A program made the translations under genes and the position numbers. A DNA stretch of 64,000 bases from a bacterium (lineage in GTDB: Bacteria > Hinthialibacterota > Hinthialibacteria > Hinthialibacterales > Hinthialibacteraceae). The notes beneath the pieces were generated by a model. That model was not told where the DNA came from. It ran no database searches and saw only the letters and a list, made by a program, of their open reading frames with translations. The stretch spans positions 371,613 to 435,612 of the forward strand of contig CAXXMV010000003.1 of assembly GCA_963662285.2 (NCBI GenBank). The letters are read 5' to 3'. The number at the start of each line of letters is the position of its first letter. The stretch's first letter is position 1. Shown here piece by piece: positions 45,232 to 55,653 of the stretch.

Positions 45232-48225
45232 ATGAATTCTCTAGATTCTTGCGTCGCAAATAAATCTTGTCCTCTTTCATGTTGGGAACGATGGGCTGCA
45301 TTACTTGGTCGATTATTGATATTTTTTATCATGATTTATGTGCCGATAATCTTTTTTACCTGGACCTGGCGGCATTATCATGTTCCCAAAGTAGCGTCCT
45401 TTCAGTTCATGACTTTGATGATGATTGCCTGTTGGGCGGTAATCGCCGTCCGGCGGCGTATGGTTCGGTCTGCTCTTGCAACGCCAGCTTCATTCTTCTT
45501 TTTAATCGTTATGATTACTGGATTAGGCGCTGTGAATATGGGGGAAGCATGGGAAACCATAACTTTTTTCGCCGCCAGCATGATCTTTATTGTCTTGATT
45601 CCCAAATTCCTGACTCGGTATAAGGATTTTGAAATTCTAATATATTTACTGGGCATCCTGTGTCTTATGGTGGATATTTACGCCTTGGGACAATGGTTCA
45701 ATTGGACGCAATTATTTGAATTTACAGAAAAATTCGGAATACGTAAATTAACTCACAAGCCAGTGGCGTTTATGGGAAATGAGAATTATGCAGCTGAATT
45801 TCTTAATCTGGCCATGCCGGTTTGCTTCGCAATGATGATCTGCTTCAGACGAAAGCCTGCTCAGTTAATATTCTATTCCTTGGTTACTCTGCTTAATGCT
45901 ATTGTGATGGTTTATATAGACTGTAACGCTACTTTCGCCGGTTTTATCGTAGCCATACCTATTGCGACTGTATTGATGATTTACTTCAAAGCCATTCCCT
46001 GGTCTTTGCGCTTGGGATTGTTCCGTATGTCGCAAAAAGAGATGGAGCGGCGCTTCCGCCAAATCATGGTAGTGCTAGTTTTATTCATTAGCATCTTAGG
46101 AACCATTACTGCTTCATTTGAAAATAAAATAAGAACAAAAATGGCCTCAATGGCTACCTGGATGGATGTCAACGGCGACTTGATTCCCGACGGGGTTGCG
46201 CCTATCGTCTTCCGCTTGCAGTGCATGGACGCCGCCGCCCGCAACATCGTCGATGCTCCTATTCTGGGCATCGGGGCCGGTAATTTCAAAATCATGCATC
46301 CCATGTTTGAAAGCCAGCTGGAGCGTAAAGTATTAGGCGAAGAAACCCTGGCTAGAAAAGTTCATAACGATCATCTCTGGCATGCGGTTGAATTTGGCTT
46401 ATTCGGGCTTTTAGCCTGGTATTGGATTATCGCCGCCTCGATTTACGCCATTCTCTGTTCTTTAAGACTACTGGAGTTCCAGAATATTAAAGCAACCAAT
46501 AAGAATTCGCAGGATGAAGATTATAAAGGCATTGTTCTGCACTCTGATGTTCGCAAGTTCTATTTCTATCTTCAGTGGGGAATCCTGACTTCACTGATAG
46601 TGGCTTTAGTCAGTTGTATGTTTGGTCATACCTTTGTTATCGCATCTTCTGCAGTCATATACTGGTTGTTGACCGGAGTATGCGTTGCGGTTTACCAGAA
46701 CCTTTATTTGGCTAAAAAGGGAATAAGAAATAATAATCTTGGCGCGACTAATGAACCGGTTACTCCAATTCAGCGTAATATGAGCATGGTGCCGAGATTC
46801 GTATGGGCTGGTTTCTTTTTCTTATGTATTCTTCCATTCGGCGTCATGAATACCAAACAATTGATTGGAGAGACATGGCTGCGTCATGGAATGTCGATGC
46901 ATGAGACTAATAATTACAAAGGAGTGTTTGAGAGTTTCAATAAATCGATGGAATATTATCCATACCAGATGGAAACTTTTTATATTCTGGGAAGGTATTA
47001 TATTGATTCCATTGTCGCTGTGGAAACCGCTTTATTATCAAATCCCCAAAATAAACCTGGTAAACTACCTTATGGTTTGGACATAAATAAACTGCGGGAA
47101 TATAACGAAGAGGGAATCGCTATTCTACAGACTGATATCTTTCTGAATCCAAATTATAAATGGGCGCATAATAATCTGGGCGTTATTTATGATCGATACT
47201 ATGATTTTCTCAATAGTCTTAAACAATCAGTTAAAGGCGATCCCCAAGAACTTAAAAAAGTAGAAGCGCAATTATCCGCAGTTATGGATGCCAGTAAACT
47301 AGCTTACAGCCGGGTTCTTGAAATTGATGAAGAACAGGTAATGGCTCTTTTTAATCTCGGATTAGGCGCCATCAAGCAGCATCAATGGAAAGAAGCCATT
47401 GAGTTTCTTAATGAAGCCATTTTAACTGATCCCACCCGTTTTGATATTTATGACTATTTATCAAGTTGCTACCGTGAAGCGGGAGATTATAAACGCGCTA
47501 TGCGCGCGGCGGAAAAATATCTGGAAAAGGATATTATCGAACTGATCAAAAAGAAGGCCAATGTAATAAACGATCCTGATGGTATTGTTAACATCATGAA
47601 CGCTCTGCGGGAGAATAATTATGCTGTTGCTGTAAATGCCGCACGTTTGATCTTGCATTGGGATAATAATAAAGCTTATAACCTATATCTTGGAATCGCC
47701 GACGCACTATCTCAATCAGGTGAAAATCCAAAACTTGCCGCTCAAGCGATTGAGATGGCCGAAAAGTCCAATGCCGCCCCTCGTGGAGATAATTTCGTTT
47801 GGCATGCAAAAATATATGAACGTCTGAAGAATTATTCCAAAGCAGCTGAAAAACTTAATGAATACCTGCGTTTGGATCCCAAAAATGATGATATTCGTCA
47901 TTCGCTAATGCTTATGTACATTCAAATGAATGATGTTGTCCAAGCGCAGAAAACGATGGCGGTTCTGGTCGAAAATCAACCGAATAACTGGCAATATCTT
48001 ATGACCTATTCAAGGTTGTTGGCCGGATTGCAACAACCCTGGGAAATTATTCAGCCATTCGTCCAGCGCGCCGTGCAAATCGGTGGAGATGAAGCGCGTA
48101 AGATTATAGTGGAAAAGCAGACAGGCAACCTTCTTTATCCATACTTGATTAAAGAGTCTGCTTTACAAGCGATTGTTGGTCCGAAATTCTTCTCCGCTGA
48201 TTCTGTCAACCAGGGTACTCAGTGA
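45232..48225 (+). CDS. O-antigen ligase (Wzy_C) family membrane protein with TPR repeats
   Basis: MGNENYAAEFL, LGIGAGNF and VHNDHLWHAVEFG motifs; C-terminal TPRs (AHNNLG, ALFNLG). Confidence 0.8.
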   Translation: MNSLDSCVANKSCPLSCWERWAALLGRLLIFFIMIYVPIIFFTWTWRHYHVPKVASFQFMTLMMIACWAVIAVRRRMVRSALATPASFFFLIVMITGLGAVNMGEAWETITFFAASMIFIVLIPKFLTRYKDFEILIYLLGILCLMVDIYALGQWFNWTQLFEFTEKFGIRKLTHKPVAFMGNENYAAEFLNLAMPVCFAMMICFRRKPAQLIFYSLVTLLNAIVMVYIDCNATFAGFIVAIPIATVLMIYFKAIPWSLRLGLFRMSQKEMERRFRQIMVVLVLFISILGTITASFENKIRTKMASMATWMDVNGDLIPDGVAPIVFRLQCMDAAARNIVDAPILGIGAGNFKIMHPMFESQLERKVLGEETLARKVHNDHLWHAVEFGLFGLLAWYWIIAASIYAILCSLRLLEFQNIKATNKNSQDEDYKGIVLHSDVRKFYFYLQWGILTSLIVALVSCMFGHTFVIASSAVIYWLLTGVCVAVYQNLYLAKKGIRNNNLGATNEPVTPIQRNMSMVPRFVWAGFFFLCILPFGVMNTKQLIGETWLRHGMSMHETNNYKGVFESFNKSMEYYPYQMETFYILGRYYIDSIVAVETALLSNPQNKPGKLPYGLDINKLREYNEEGIAILQTDIFLNPNYKWAHNNLGVIYDRYYDFLNSLKQSVKGDPQELKKVEAQLSAVMDASKLAYSRVLEIDEEQVMALFNLGLGAIKQHQWKEAIEFLNEAILTDPTRFDIYDYLSSCYREAGDYKRAMRAAEKYLEKDIIELIKKKANVINDPDGIVNIMNALRENNYAVAVNAARLILHWDNNKAYNLYLGIADALSQSGENPKLAAQAIEMAEKSNAAPRGDNFVWHAKIYERLKNYSKAAEKLNEYLRLDPKNDDIRHSLMLMYIQMNDVVQAQKTMAVLVENQPNNWQYLMTYSRLLAGLQQPWEIIQPFVQRAVQIGGDEARKIIVEKQTGNLLYPYLIKESALQAIVGPKFFSADSVNQGTQ

Positions 48226-48349
48226 GGTTTCCCTCGAATTAGCAGACCGTCGCTGTTACAATTCGTCAACAGAGTGAAACGCTAATATTAACGTTATTTT
48301 GCAGAACACTCTAAACTTTGACGATGGTCATAAATAAGGTCTTCCAGGC

Positions 48350-49489
48350 ATGCGCATCCTGTTTGTTGGTCATAATGGCTATGGATATCCCCATACGCGA
48401 GTGAGGTGTTACCATTTCGCCCGCATCCTCCAAGCATATCCTGATATAGAGACGGCTGTGTTGTCCTTTCGTGATGATCTCGCTCCTCATAAGAGCGAAG
48501 CCGCTATGTATGAAAACCTCAGAGACCGGGAAAAACTGGTGTTAACCGGTAAAGCGGTCTGGAGGTTATTGCGTGAAAAAGACTCAATAATCTACATGCA
48601 AAAAGCCCACTTCCATTCCGCTGCGCCATATCTCTTATACCGGCTTGGTCTGTTAAAGCGTTATATTTTAGATTATGACGATTATGATATTCCTCTATCC
48701 AATTTCTTTTTCAGGGGCGTATTGAATCGTTTATTCTTTGGAACCCATAAATGGGATGAAATCACCTACCGCATCGCGCGTAACGCATGTGGATGCGTTG
48801 CCTCCAGCCGGGAACTCTGTACGATTCTCAAGAAGGAAAATCCCCATACGGCGTATATTCCCACTGGAGTTGATATCAGCATGTTTTCTCCAGCTGATGC
48901 TCGATCAGAGGGTGATGAAATCAAAGTGCTGTGGAATGGCTTGATCTGGGGAGAGCCGATTGTTAAAAACCTTCTGATGCTGGTAAAAGCATTTCAAAAA
49001 GCTGCGCTGCGGGCGCCCCGGCTCCGATTGCATATTGTCGGCGGCGGCGCTTCATGGGATTCATGTAAGCAACAAATATCTGATAAATATCCCGACGCTC
49101 CGGTGTGTTGGCGCGACTGGGTTGATCCGCTGGAAATGCCGCAATTGCTTCAAACAATGGATATCGGCGTTCTACCATTGGATGGGGATGATCAATGGCT
49201 GCGCTGCAAGAGTCCAACCAAACTTTTCGAATATATGGCGGCGGGATTGCCGGTAGTATCATCAAAAGTGGGGGAAGCATGTCATGTAATCGAGCATTTA
49301 AATTCAGGATTTTTAGCTGAAAATACAGCTGGTTTTGAGGAAGGATTGCTTTTCTTGGCTCAGGATGTAGAACTGCGTAAAAAAATGGGCCTTGCAGCTC
49401 GACAGCGAATTGAAACCGAATATGCTTTGCCTGTTCTTGGAGAACGTTTACGCAATTTCCTTCAAAGTTTATTCCCTGAATCAATTTAG
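48350..49489 (+). CDS. Glycosyltransferase family 4
   Basis: DYDD, IPTGVD and KSPTKLFEYMAAGLPVV motifs. Confidence 0.88.
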   Translation: MRILFVGHNGYGYPHTRVRCYHFARILQAYPDIETAVLSFRDDLAPHKSEAAMYENLRDREKLVLTGKAVWRLLREKDSIIYMQKAHFHSAAPYLLYRLGLLKRYILDYDDYDIPLSNFFFRGVLNRLFFGTHKWDEITYRIARNACGCVASSRELCTILKKENPHTAYIPTGVDISMFSPADARSEGDEIKVLWNGLIWGEPIVKNLLMLVKAFQKAALRAPRLRLHIVGGGASWDSCKQQISDKYPDAPVCWRDWVDPLEMPQLLQTMDIGVLPLDGDDQWLRCKSPTKLFEYMAAGLPVVSSKVGEACHVIEHLNSGFLAENTAGFEEGLLFLAQDVELRKKMGLAARQRIETEYALPVLGERLRNFLQSLFPESI

Positions 49490-49588
49490 TGATAAAATAC
49501 AATTAAAATGCATGAATAATAACACGCTTACGTCATATAGAGTAACTTCTTCGTAATAATCAAGATATGAGGAAAGGCCTGACTTATC

Positions 49589-51655
49589 ATGAAACAGAAT
49601 TTAATTAAACCAATATCTATATGGGGATTCATCTTGATGGTTGCGCTGATCCTTGGCGGTTGCACAACTACAGAAAAGAAGTGGGATTCCCCCATACTGG
49701 CGGTAATCAGTGATTTAGAGGATGTTACTCTGCCTCCAACCGATCAGAAGAAAGATTATGTTGCTGAGGCGCTTCGGCAAAACCAATCAGTCGATTCAAC
49801 AATCCCATCGCCTTTGATTGAACAACCATATATAGAAAGCATTCAGCAGGAACAACGATTTGAAAATGGCTGGATTGTTCTACGTAAAAATGACCTCTCT
49901 TTGGAGGAATTAATCGCCAAAGCCAAAAAATATAAAGTTACCCAGATTCAAATGGGCGGTGACATCCTGGCTGCGGTTGATGAGTTGATTTTTGATCAAA
50001 CCAAGCGGGATTACATCCAGCAGGCGGCGCGGGAAATGGAATCTCTCGACATTGAATCCCTGGTATGGAGCCATGAAATATACCTGGATAGCAAGACATT
50101 CATATTTCACAAGGATGCTCCATTAGTCGCCGCCCGGCAGGCGGCCTACCGTAATGCCCTGAAAGCCATTCCTGAATTGGATGGAGTTGTGCTTACTTTC
50201 TCCGATGCAATGCTGCCAGTCTGGGATGCGGAGTCTCCAGCCAGTCAAACGCTTTCTCCTGTCGAGCGTATAAGATTCATTGTTGATATGGTCAGAAATG
50301 TGGTTGTTGATGAGTTGAATAAAAAACTATATATCTATGTTGATACTAATGAATTAGAACGAGTTGCATGGATATCTGATGCTTTAAGCGGTCTGCCACG
50401 CGATGATATCGATATTATTCTATCTTCACAAACGGATGATATTTCTATTGATGGCTTCAATCACCAAACATCAAAATTCCAGAATTTTAATAGATTGATG
50501 AAAATTGATCCCGCCGGATCGATTTTCGGCGGCCCGGAATTTTTAGTGGGTTTTTGGAGCGACTGGGAGCGATGGAATTTCCTGCGTAATCAAGAGAATA
50601 TTCAAGGCGTCGTAACTATCGTTAATGGGCAGCAGGGATCAATATTTAATTCTCCTAATGAGATTAATTTGATGGCTCTGGCTAATGATATAGCTGGCGT
50701 TTCGATTGATCCGAATATACTCGCCGAACAATGGTGCAAAGAAAAATACAATATTGAACCCTTAACCCGTGAAGGGCAGGTCTTATGTCAGATACTGCGA
50801 AATTCTTCTTTATGGAGCGCCAAAATCGGTATGGTTAAAAACATCCTATTTTTAGCCTCTCAAGGAAACTTACCTTCAATTGATCAATTCAAGTTTCCCT
50901 CTCAATCCGATTGGGGTTTGGGGCATGATCAGGAAATTCAGCAGTATTTAGCAATACTAAAGAATCCGGATAAACAGGTTTTAACTGATTTAGCCCAGGA
51001 AAGCGTGGAAGCCAGTGAACTGCTCGATAAAGCAATTTGGGAACTTGAATCAATACGTGATTATTTGAAACCCATAGATTTTAATGATCTTCACCAACGC
51101 TTGGAGCGTCAGCGTTTTGTTTCAGACATTTTTCATTATGCAAAACAAGTTATTTGGGGCTTCGATCTTTGGAAACGTACCTATGATGAAGACGAAGCTC
51201 TGCATCTGGAAGCGCATCTTCAAACGCTCGAACGTTTGACCATGATTTTAGAGACCCGATACCAGAATCAATTAACATCTATTAAATCTGAAACTGTCCG
51301 GCAATGGATCAGCCTGATTCGTAGTGATTTTCCCAGGGTAATAATTGGATGGAAAGAAAGAGATTGGAATCAAATCAAGGACATAGTTATTAGGCAATCT
51401 GGACCGCAAAGCATAGAAATTAAATGGAATAGCGAAGTCCCATCAACTTCGCGTATATTCATATCTACGGCATTGCCTAATTTTGAAAGAATGTTGCCAG
51501 TAGAAACATATCCAGAGATGCAGCACTTGGTTCAAGTTAACGAAATTGCAAGCGGTAAGCGATATATCATAAAAATCCAAAGTATTTCACAAAATGGACA
51601 AATAACCAACTCTGGTGAATTCTTCTTTAAAATTGAGACCCCTCCTGAAATTTAG
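49589..51655 (+). CDS. Hypothetical lipoprotein with C-terminal FN3-like domain
   Basis: LGGC lipobox; C-terminal SIEIKWNS...HLVQV...GKRYIIKI. Confidence 0.6.
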   Translation: MKQNLIKPISIWGFILMVALILGGCTTTEKKWDSPILAVISDLEDVTLPPTDQKKDYVAEALRQNQSVDSTIPSPLIEQPYIESIQQEQRFENGWIVLRKNDLSLEELIAKAKKYKVTQIQMGGDILAAVDELIFDQTKRDYIQQAAREMESLDIESLVWSHEIYLDSKTFIFHKDAPLVAARQAAYRNALKAIPELDGVVLTFSDAMLPVWDAESPASQTLSPVERIRFIVDMVRNVVVDELNKKLYIYVDTNELERVAWISDALSGLPRDDIDIILSSQTDDISIDGFNHQTSKFQNFNRLMKIDPAGSIFGGPEFLVGFWSDWERWNFLRNQENIQGVVTIVNGQQGSIFNSPNEINLMALANDIAGVSIDPNILAEQWCKEKYNIEPLTREGQVLCQILRNSSLWSAKIGMVKNILFLASQGNLPSIDQFKFPSQSDWGLGHDQEIQQYLAILKNPDKQVLTDLAQESVEASELLDKAIWELESIRDYLKPIDFNDLHQRLERQRFVSDIFHYAKQVIWGFDLWKRTYDEDEALHLEAHLQTLERLTMILETRYQNQLTSIKSETVRQWISLIRSDFPRVIIGWKERDWNQIKDIVIRQSGPQSIEIKWNSEVPSTSRIFISTALPNFERMLPVETYPEMQHLVQVNEIASGKRYIIKIQSISQNGQITNSGEFFFKIETPPEI

Positions 51656-51707
51656 AATAAGCTAACTCATTAATAATGAATCTGTTTGCTTGATTCTAAT
51701 GAAAATA

Positions 51708-51761
51708 TACCGACATTAATAATAAAGACCGCATAAGCGGTCTTTATTATTAATGTCGGTA
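51708..51761. repeat. Perfect 25-bp inverted repeat with 4-nt loop
   Basis: TACCGACATTAATAATAAAGACCGC-ATAA-GCGGTCTTTATTATTAATGTCGGTA. Confidence 0.9.
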
Positions 51762-51893
51762 ATCGGAACTTATTTCTTAACAGGCATCTTGAGAAATGCT
51801 GATTACATGAGTTATAATTAACGTTAATGTAATGCAAGATCATTGTTTTTTTTTATAACAAGATATAATAATGGTAAAAATGGGAGGTCTTCA

Positions 51894-52556
51894 ATGAAAA
51901 AAGGTTTTACGCTTATCGAATTACTTATCGTTGTCGCGATTATCGGTATACTTGCGGCTATCGCTGTACCTAACTTTTTGAACGCACAAATCAGGGCCAA
52001 GATTGCACGCTGTTTTTCCGATATGAAATCTATGGATACAGCCGTTCAGATGCTGCAACTGGATACAAATCATCTTCCGATTGATGGATGGGATGATGAT
52101 ACAACTGAAGGTCGCGATATACTTAAGAATGTATTTAATGGCGTCGGCGACTTCCCTGAAGCAAATCGAACTACCAGAGATTATCTTGCAGTATTAACCA
52201 GTCCAATATCTTATATGTCTTCCGTACCCAGCGATCCATTCTTCGGTAAAAATATGGATATGGCGGATCGAGGTTTCGGCAGTGGATATAATACCTATAT
52301 TTATGCTGATGTTGATCCACATATACCTGGTCGCAATCAAGGCATTCAATGCTTGGAACCGGGAGCTTTAGCTACTGAATTTGGCATTACTCCACTTAAA
52401 TCAGGTCAATGGGCATTTATTGGTATTGGTCCAGACGGATCAGCAGGCATCGGTACCGGTACTGCTGGTTCTCGTGGTTTCCCTTATTCAACATCTAATG
52501 GTCTTGTCAGTTTAGGCGATGTCGTCATGGCTGGTGGAACTATACTCGGACAGTAA
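51894..52556 (+). CDS. Prepilin-type N-terminal cleavage/methylation domain protein
   Basis: MKKG|FTLIELLIVVAIIGILAAIAVPNFLNAQ; GGGAGG RBS. Confidence 0.9.
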   Translation: MKKGFTLIELLIVVAIIGILAAIAVPNFLNAQIRAKIARCFSDMKSMDTAVQMLQLDTNHLPIDGWDDDTTEGRDILKNVFNGVGDFPEANRTTRDYLAVLTSPISYMSSVPSDPFFGKNMDMADRGFGSGYNTYIYADVDPHIPGRNQGIQCLEPGALATEFGITPLKSGQWAFIGIGPDGSAGIGTGTAGSRGFPYSTSNGLVSLGDVVMAGGTILGQ

Positions 52557-52589
52557 GTCGTAAACATTTATACATAGTGTGAAATAATT

Positions 52590-52623
52590 AAAAAGCCGTT
52601 TCCTTAAGGAGACGGCTTTTTTT
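52590..52623. terminator. Bidirectional intrinsic terminator
   Basis: AAAAAGCCGTTTCC-TTAA-GGAGACGGCTTTTTTT between convergent genes. Confidence 0.85.
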
Positions 52624-52655
52624 CTAAACCAAAAGTAAACATAAAATAATACCGA

Positions 52656-53846
52656 TTAGGTAAATATCCGGCGTTCGATGATGCGTCGGATTTTCTTATT
52701 ATCCCGCCAATTTTGCTGTGCTTTTTCAACCAGTTCTGTGAGCAATTCGGTGAAGGGAAGCGCTGGTTCAGCGGCTTCCCACAGATAATATGAGAATGAG
52801 CCGGGCAGGGTATTAATCTCATTGAAATAGACTTTATCGTCTTTTTTATCAACCAGGAAATCAAAACGGGCCAGCCCTCGGCAATCCAAACCACTGAAGG
52901 CTTTTATGGCGTATTGCCGAACGTTATCTAATACTTCATCTGGAACATCGGTAGGATTGAGGTCACGTTTGAGAGAAGCCATTCCATCGCTGGTTTTATT
53001 ACCGCCTTTTTTCCCACCGCCTTTGAGGTATTTCTGTTCAAAGGTTAATAGTTGATCATCGCATATCGGGCGTTCGATAGCCGAAAGCCTTGGTTCATCG
53101 CCTTCCAGAACTGATATGTTAAGTTCATACATATCTTCCAAAAGCGGTTCTACGATTACCTGATTATCAAATACAAAAGCCCCGGCGATGGATACCATCA
53201 GTTGTTCTTCATCTCTGGCTGATGATATACCGATGCTTGATCCAAGGTTGCAGGGTTTTATCATCAGGGGTAAATCCATGTTATGAAGTATTTGCCGGGT
53301 TGTATCATCGGCTTTGATTGGTTCCCAATCGCGCTTGTCAAGCAATATTCCCGGAAGCACCGGGATGCCCTGGGCGCTGAGAGTCTGTTTAGCGGTATGC
53401 TTGTTCATGCCTATTGAAGCGGCGCGTGGACCGCTGCCAGTATATGCAGCGCCAATGAATTCGAGAAATCCCTGGATGCATCCATCTTCGCCGTAGGTTC
53501 CATGAAAAGCGGGGAAAAAGACATCCACTTCAAAGCGCCGCGCAGGTTTTGCTCCAAACCAGCCTTTAGGTGGATCAACTTCTACCAGTTCAGAATCCAG
53601 ATCGCTGGTCAGCCTGACGCGGCATATCTTCTGTTTGGTTTCTGGAGTCAGCAGATAGTTATTGCGATGGCGCAACTCTTCTCCAGTATACCAATACCCT
53701 TCAGGATCAATATACACAGGTACAACTTCAAAACGGGTTGAATCAAATGCATCCATAAGCTGAAGAGCTGTGATGACGCTGATTTCATGTTCTGTAGAAC
53801 GTCCCCCGAAAAGTACTGCAACCCGGATTTTTCCATCCTGACTCAT
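52656..53846 (-). CDS. ddl: D-alanine--D-alanine ligase family protein
   Basis: FGGRSTEHEIS, FHGTYGEDG, KPCNLGSSIG, EQKY and NEINTLPG motifs. Confidence 0.9.
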   Translation of the reverse strand: MSQDGKIRVAVLFGGRSTEHEISVITALQLMDAFDSTRFEVVPVYIDPEGYWYTGEELRHRNNYLLTPETKQKICRVRLTSDLDSELVEVDPPKGWFGAKPARRFEVDVFFPAFHGTYGEDGCIQGFLEFIGAAYTGSGPRAASIGMNKHTAKQTLSAQGIPVLPGILLDKRDWEPIKADDTTRQILHNMDLPLMIKPCNLGSSIGISSARDEEQLMVSIAGAFVFDNQVIVEPLLEDMYELNISVLEGDEPRLSAIERPICDDQLLTFEQKYLKGGGKKGGNKTSDGMASLKRDLNPTDVPDEVLDNVRQYAIKAFSGLDCRGLARFDFLVDKKDDKVYFNEINTLPGSFSYYLWEAAEPALPFTELLTELVEKAQQNWRDNKKIRRIIERRIFT

Positions 53847-53897
53847 TATTGATCTCCTAGAGGTATTTTTGATGAGTTGGAAGCGCTTGATTCCACT

Positions 53898-53929
53898 CCC
53901 TCACCCTAACCCTCTCCCGGGGGGAGAGG
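53898..53929 (+). repeat. REP-like family A' copy
   Basis: CCCTCACCCTAACCCTCTCCCGGGGGGAGAGG between murF and ddl. Confidence 0.75.
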
Positions 53930-53975
53930 TGACTTTGTTATATGTTTTGATAGAGTACTAGATATAAAACTAAAA

Positions 53976-55652
53976 CTAAAAAAAGCTAAAAGCTGTTTGC
54001 GTTTCATATAAATCGGGCAGATCGTTTTCATACAAAACGATGTCGCCGGATTTCAATTCCTGGTTTAACCACTGTTGCGCTTCAGAAAGAGATGAAAACT
54101 GGAGAATCTTTTCTTCCGGGAAGTTATGATCTATTAATCCCTGTCGAAAAGCCTCCAGCCGGTGCGCCGCGACCAATAAAATCCGGTCGCATCTAGAGGC
54201 TGCATGAGCGGCGATGCGCCGATGAGCCTCATCTGCTTGATCGCCCAATTCGACCATACCGGGAGTAATCAATATCTTTCTGGCGCCGCTTAATGATTCT
54301 AAAACATCTAAAGCATTTTCAAAACCGGTTGGATTGGAATTATAAGCGTCATCTATGGTTGTAACGCCATTGGCGTCTTTATGAACCACTAAACGGTGCG
54401 GAATGGGAGGAACGTTCTGCAGCGCTGCGATGGCTGTTATAGGCGCTACACCCATTGTCATGGCGGTTAAGAATGCTCCGGTTGCGTTTAAGGCTTGATG
54501 CCTTCCGTAAAGAGGCATTTCAAAAGAATAAGATTTACCTTCATATTCCAGTGTACATTTCAATCCGTTATCGGTCAGAGTTGCTTCTTTGAGTAAGCAA
54601 TCCAAATGACCAAGCGTTGCATCAACGCCATAGAATTTGGCTTTAACCTTGAGCGAATCAGCCATAGTCCTGACATTGGGGTCATCCCCGTAAAGGATTG
54701 CGGAGCCAGTTTGAGGCAGGGCTTGAGGCAGTTCCGACTTTGCCTGCGCTACAGTATCAATAGACTTAAAACGCTCCATGTGGGCCAGGCCTACTGCGGT
54801 TACGATAGCCGCGTCGGGTGGAGTCAAGCCGCATAGACGTTTGATTGATCCGATCCCATAAGCACCCATCTCGACAATAAAATAGGCATGATCGTTTCTC
54901 AAGCGTTCACGGATTATGCGGGTAATTCCCATCAATGTATTAACGCTGCCCGGAGTGGCCAGGGTGGGCGCATGTGAAGCGAGGATATGGGCCAGGATAT
55001 GCTTAAATGAGGTTTTGCCGTAACTTCCAGTGATGCCGATGATCTCTGGTTTGATGCGCGCCAGAATACTTTTCGCTTCATTAAGGTATTTTCTTTGCAC
55101 CAATGATTCATAAGGCGCCAGGCATAAGTTGGCTGCAACTATATAGAAGGGAATGGCAATAAGGGAAATTGCAATGACCAGCATATTAACGAGCAAATGA
55201 AATTTCATGTAGCCCGTTATCATCAATAATGAGACGGCGCCCGATAGAAATATGGTTTGCAGGATAAGGCAGATAGTAATAATACGCTTGACGCGCGAGG
55301 TCATCACCAGCGCTTTCTTGGTGGAATGCGCGCGATTTGTCCATCCAACCACGGCGATGGATGCTGCAAGGATCGAAGATAACAGAATTACTCTGAATAA
55401 GGGGAGGGAAGAGATGCTGGCGGGGGCTTCGGATAACCATAAAGCTAGTGCGAATATCAAGACGAGTCCGGAAGTACGTTTTTCAAACGATCTAGAAGAA
55501 ATCCACCACTTTAAAAAACGACGGTTATCATATTCTTCCTGCTGAAAGAAATGGATAAAGCGAAGATTGACCGGATATAACGCGGCCATCGCGCCAATTG
55601 TAAGGATTAACAGAGAAGAAGAAAAATTGATTAGTGGATATATTTCATTCAT
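53976..55652 (-). CDS. murF: MurF-like ligase with N-terminal multi-TM extension
   Basis: GITGSYGKTS, SVNT, VEMGA, AHMERF, DDAYNSNP and GMVELG motifs. Confidence 0.8.
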   Translation of the reverse strand: MNEIYPLINFSSSLLILTIGAMAALYPVNLRFIHFFQQEEYDNRRFLKWWISSRSFEKRTSGLVLIFALALWLSEAPASISSLPLFRVILLSSILAASIAVVGWTNRAHSTKKALVMTSRVKRIITICLILQTIFLSGAVSLLMITGYMKFHLLVNMLVIAISLIAIPFYIVAANLCLAPYESLVQRKYLNEAKSILARIKPEIIGITGSYGKTSFKHILAHILASHAPTLATPGSVNTLMGITRIIRERLRNDHAYFIVEMGAYGIGSIKRLCGLTPPDAAIVTAVGLAHMERFKSIDTVAQAKSELPQALPQTGSAILYGDDPNVRTMADSLKVKAKFYGVDATLGHLDCLLKEATLTDNGLKCTLEYEGKSYSFEMPLYGRHQALNATGAFLTAMTMGVAPITAIAALQNVPPIPHRLVVHKDANGVTTIDDAYNSNPTGFENALDVLESLSGARKILITPGMVELGDQADEAHRRIAAHAASRCDRILLVAAHRLEAFRQGLIDHNFPEEKILQFSSLSEAQQWLNQELKSGDIVLYENDLPDLYETQTAFSFF

Positions 55653-55653
55653 T

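Noticed and set aside
52656-53846. VanA-type vancomycin resistance ligase
   Set aside because: No vanH/vanX/vanRS nearby, and the omega-loop KY is of the D-Ala-D-Ala type
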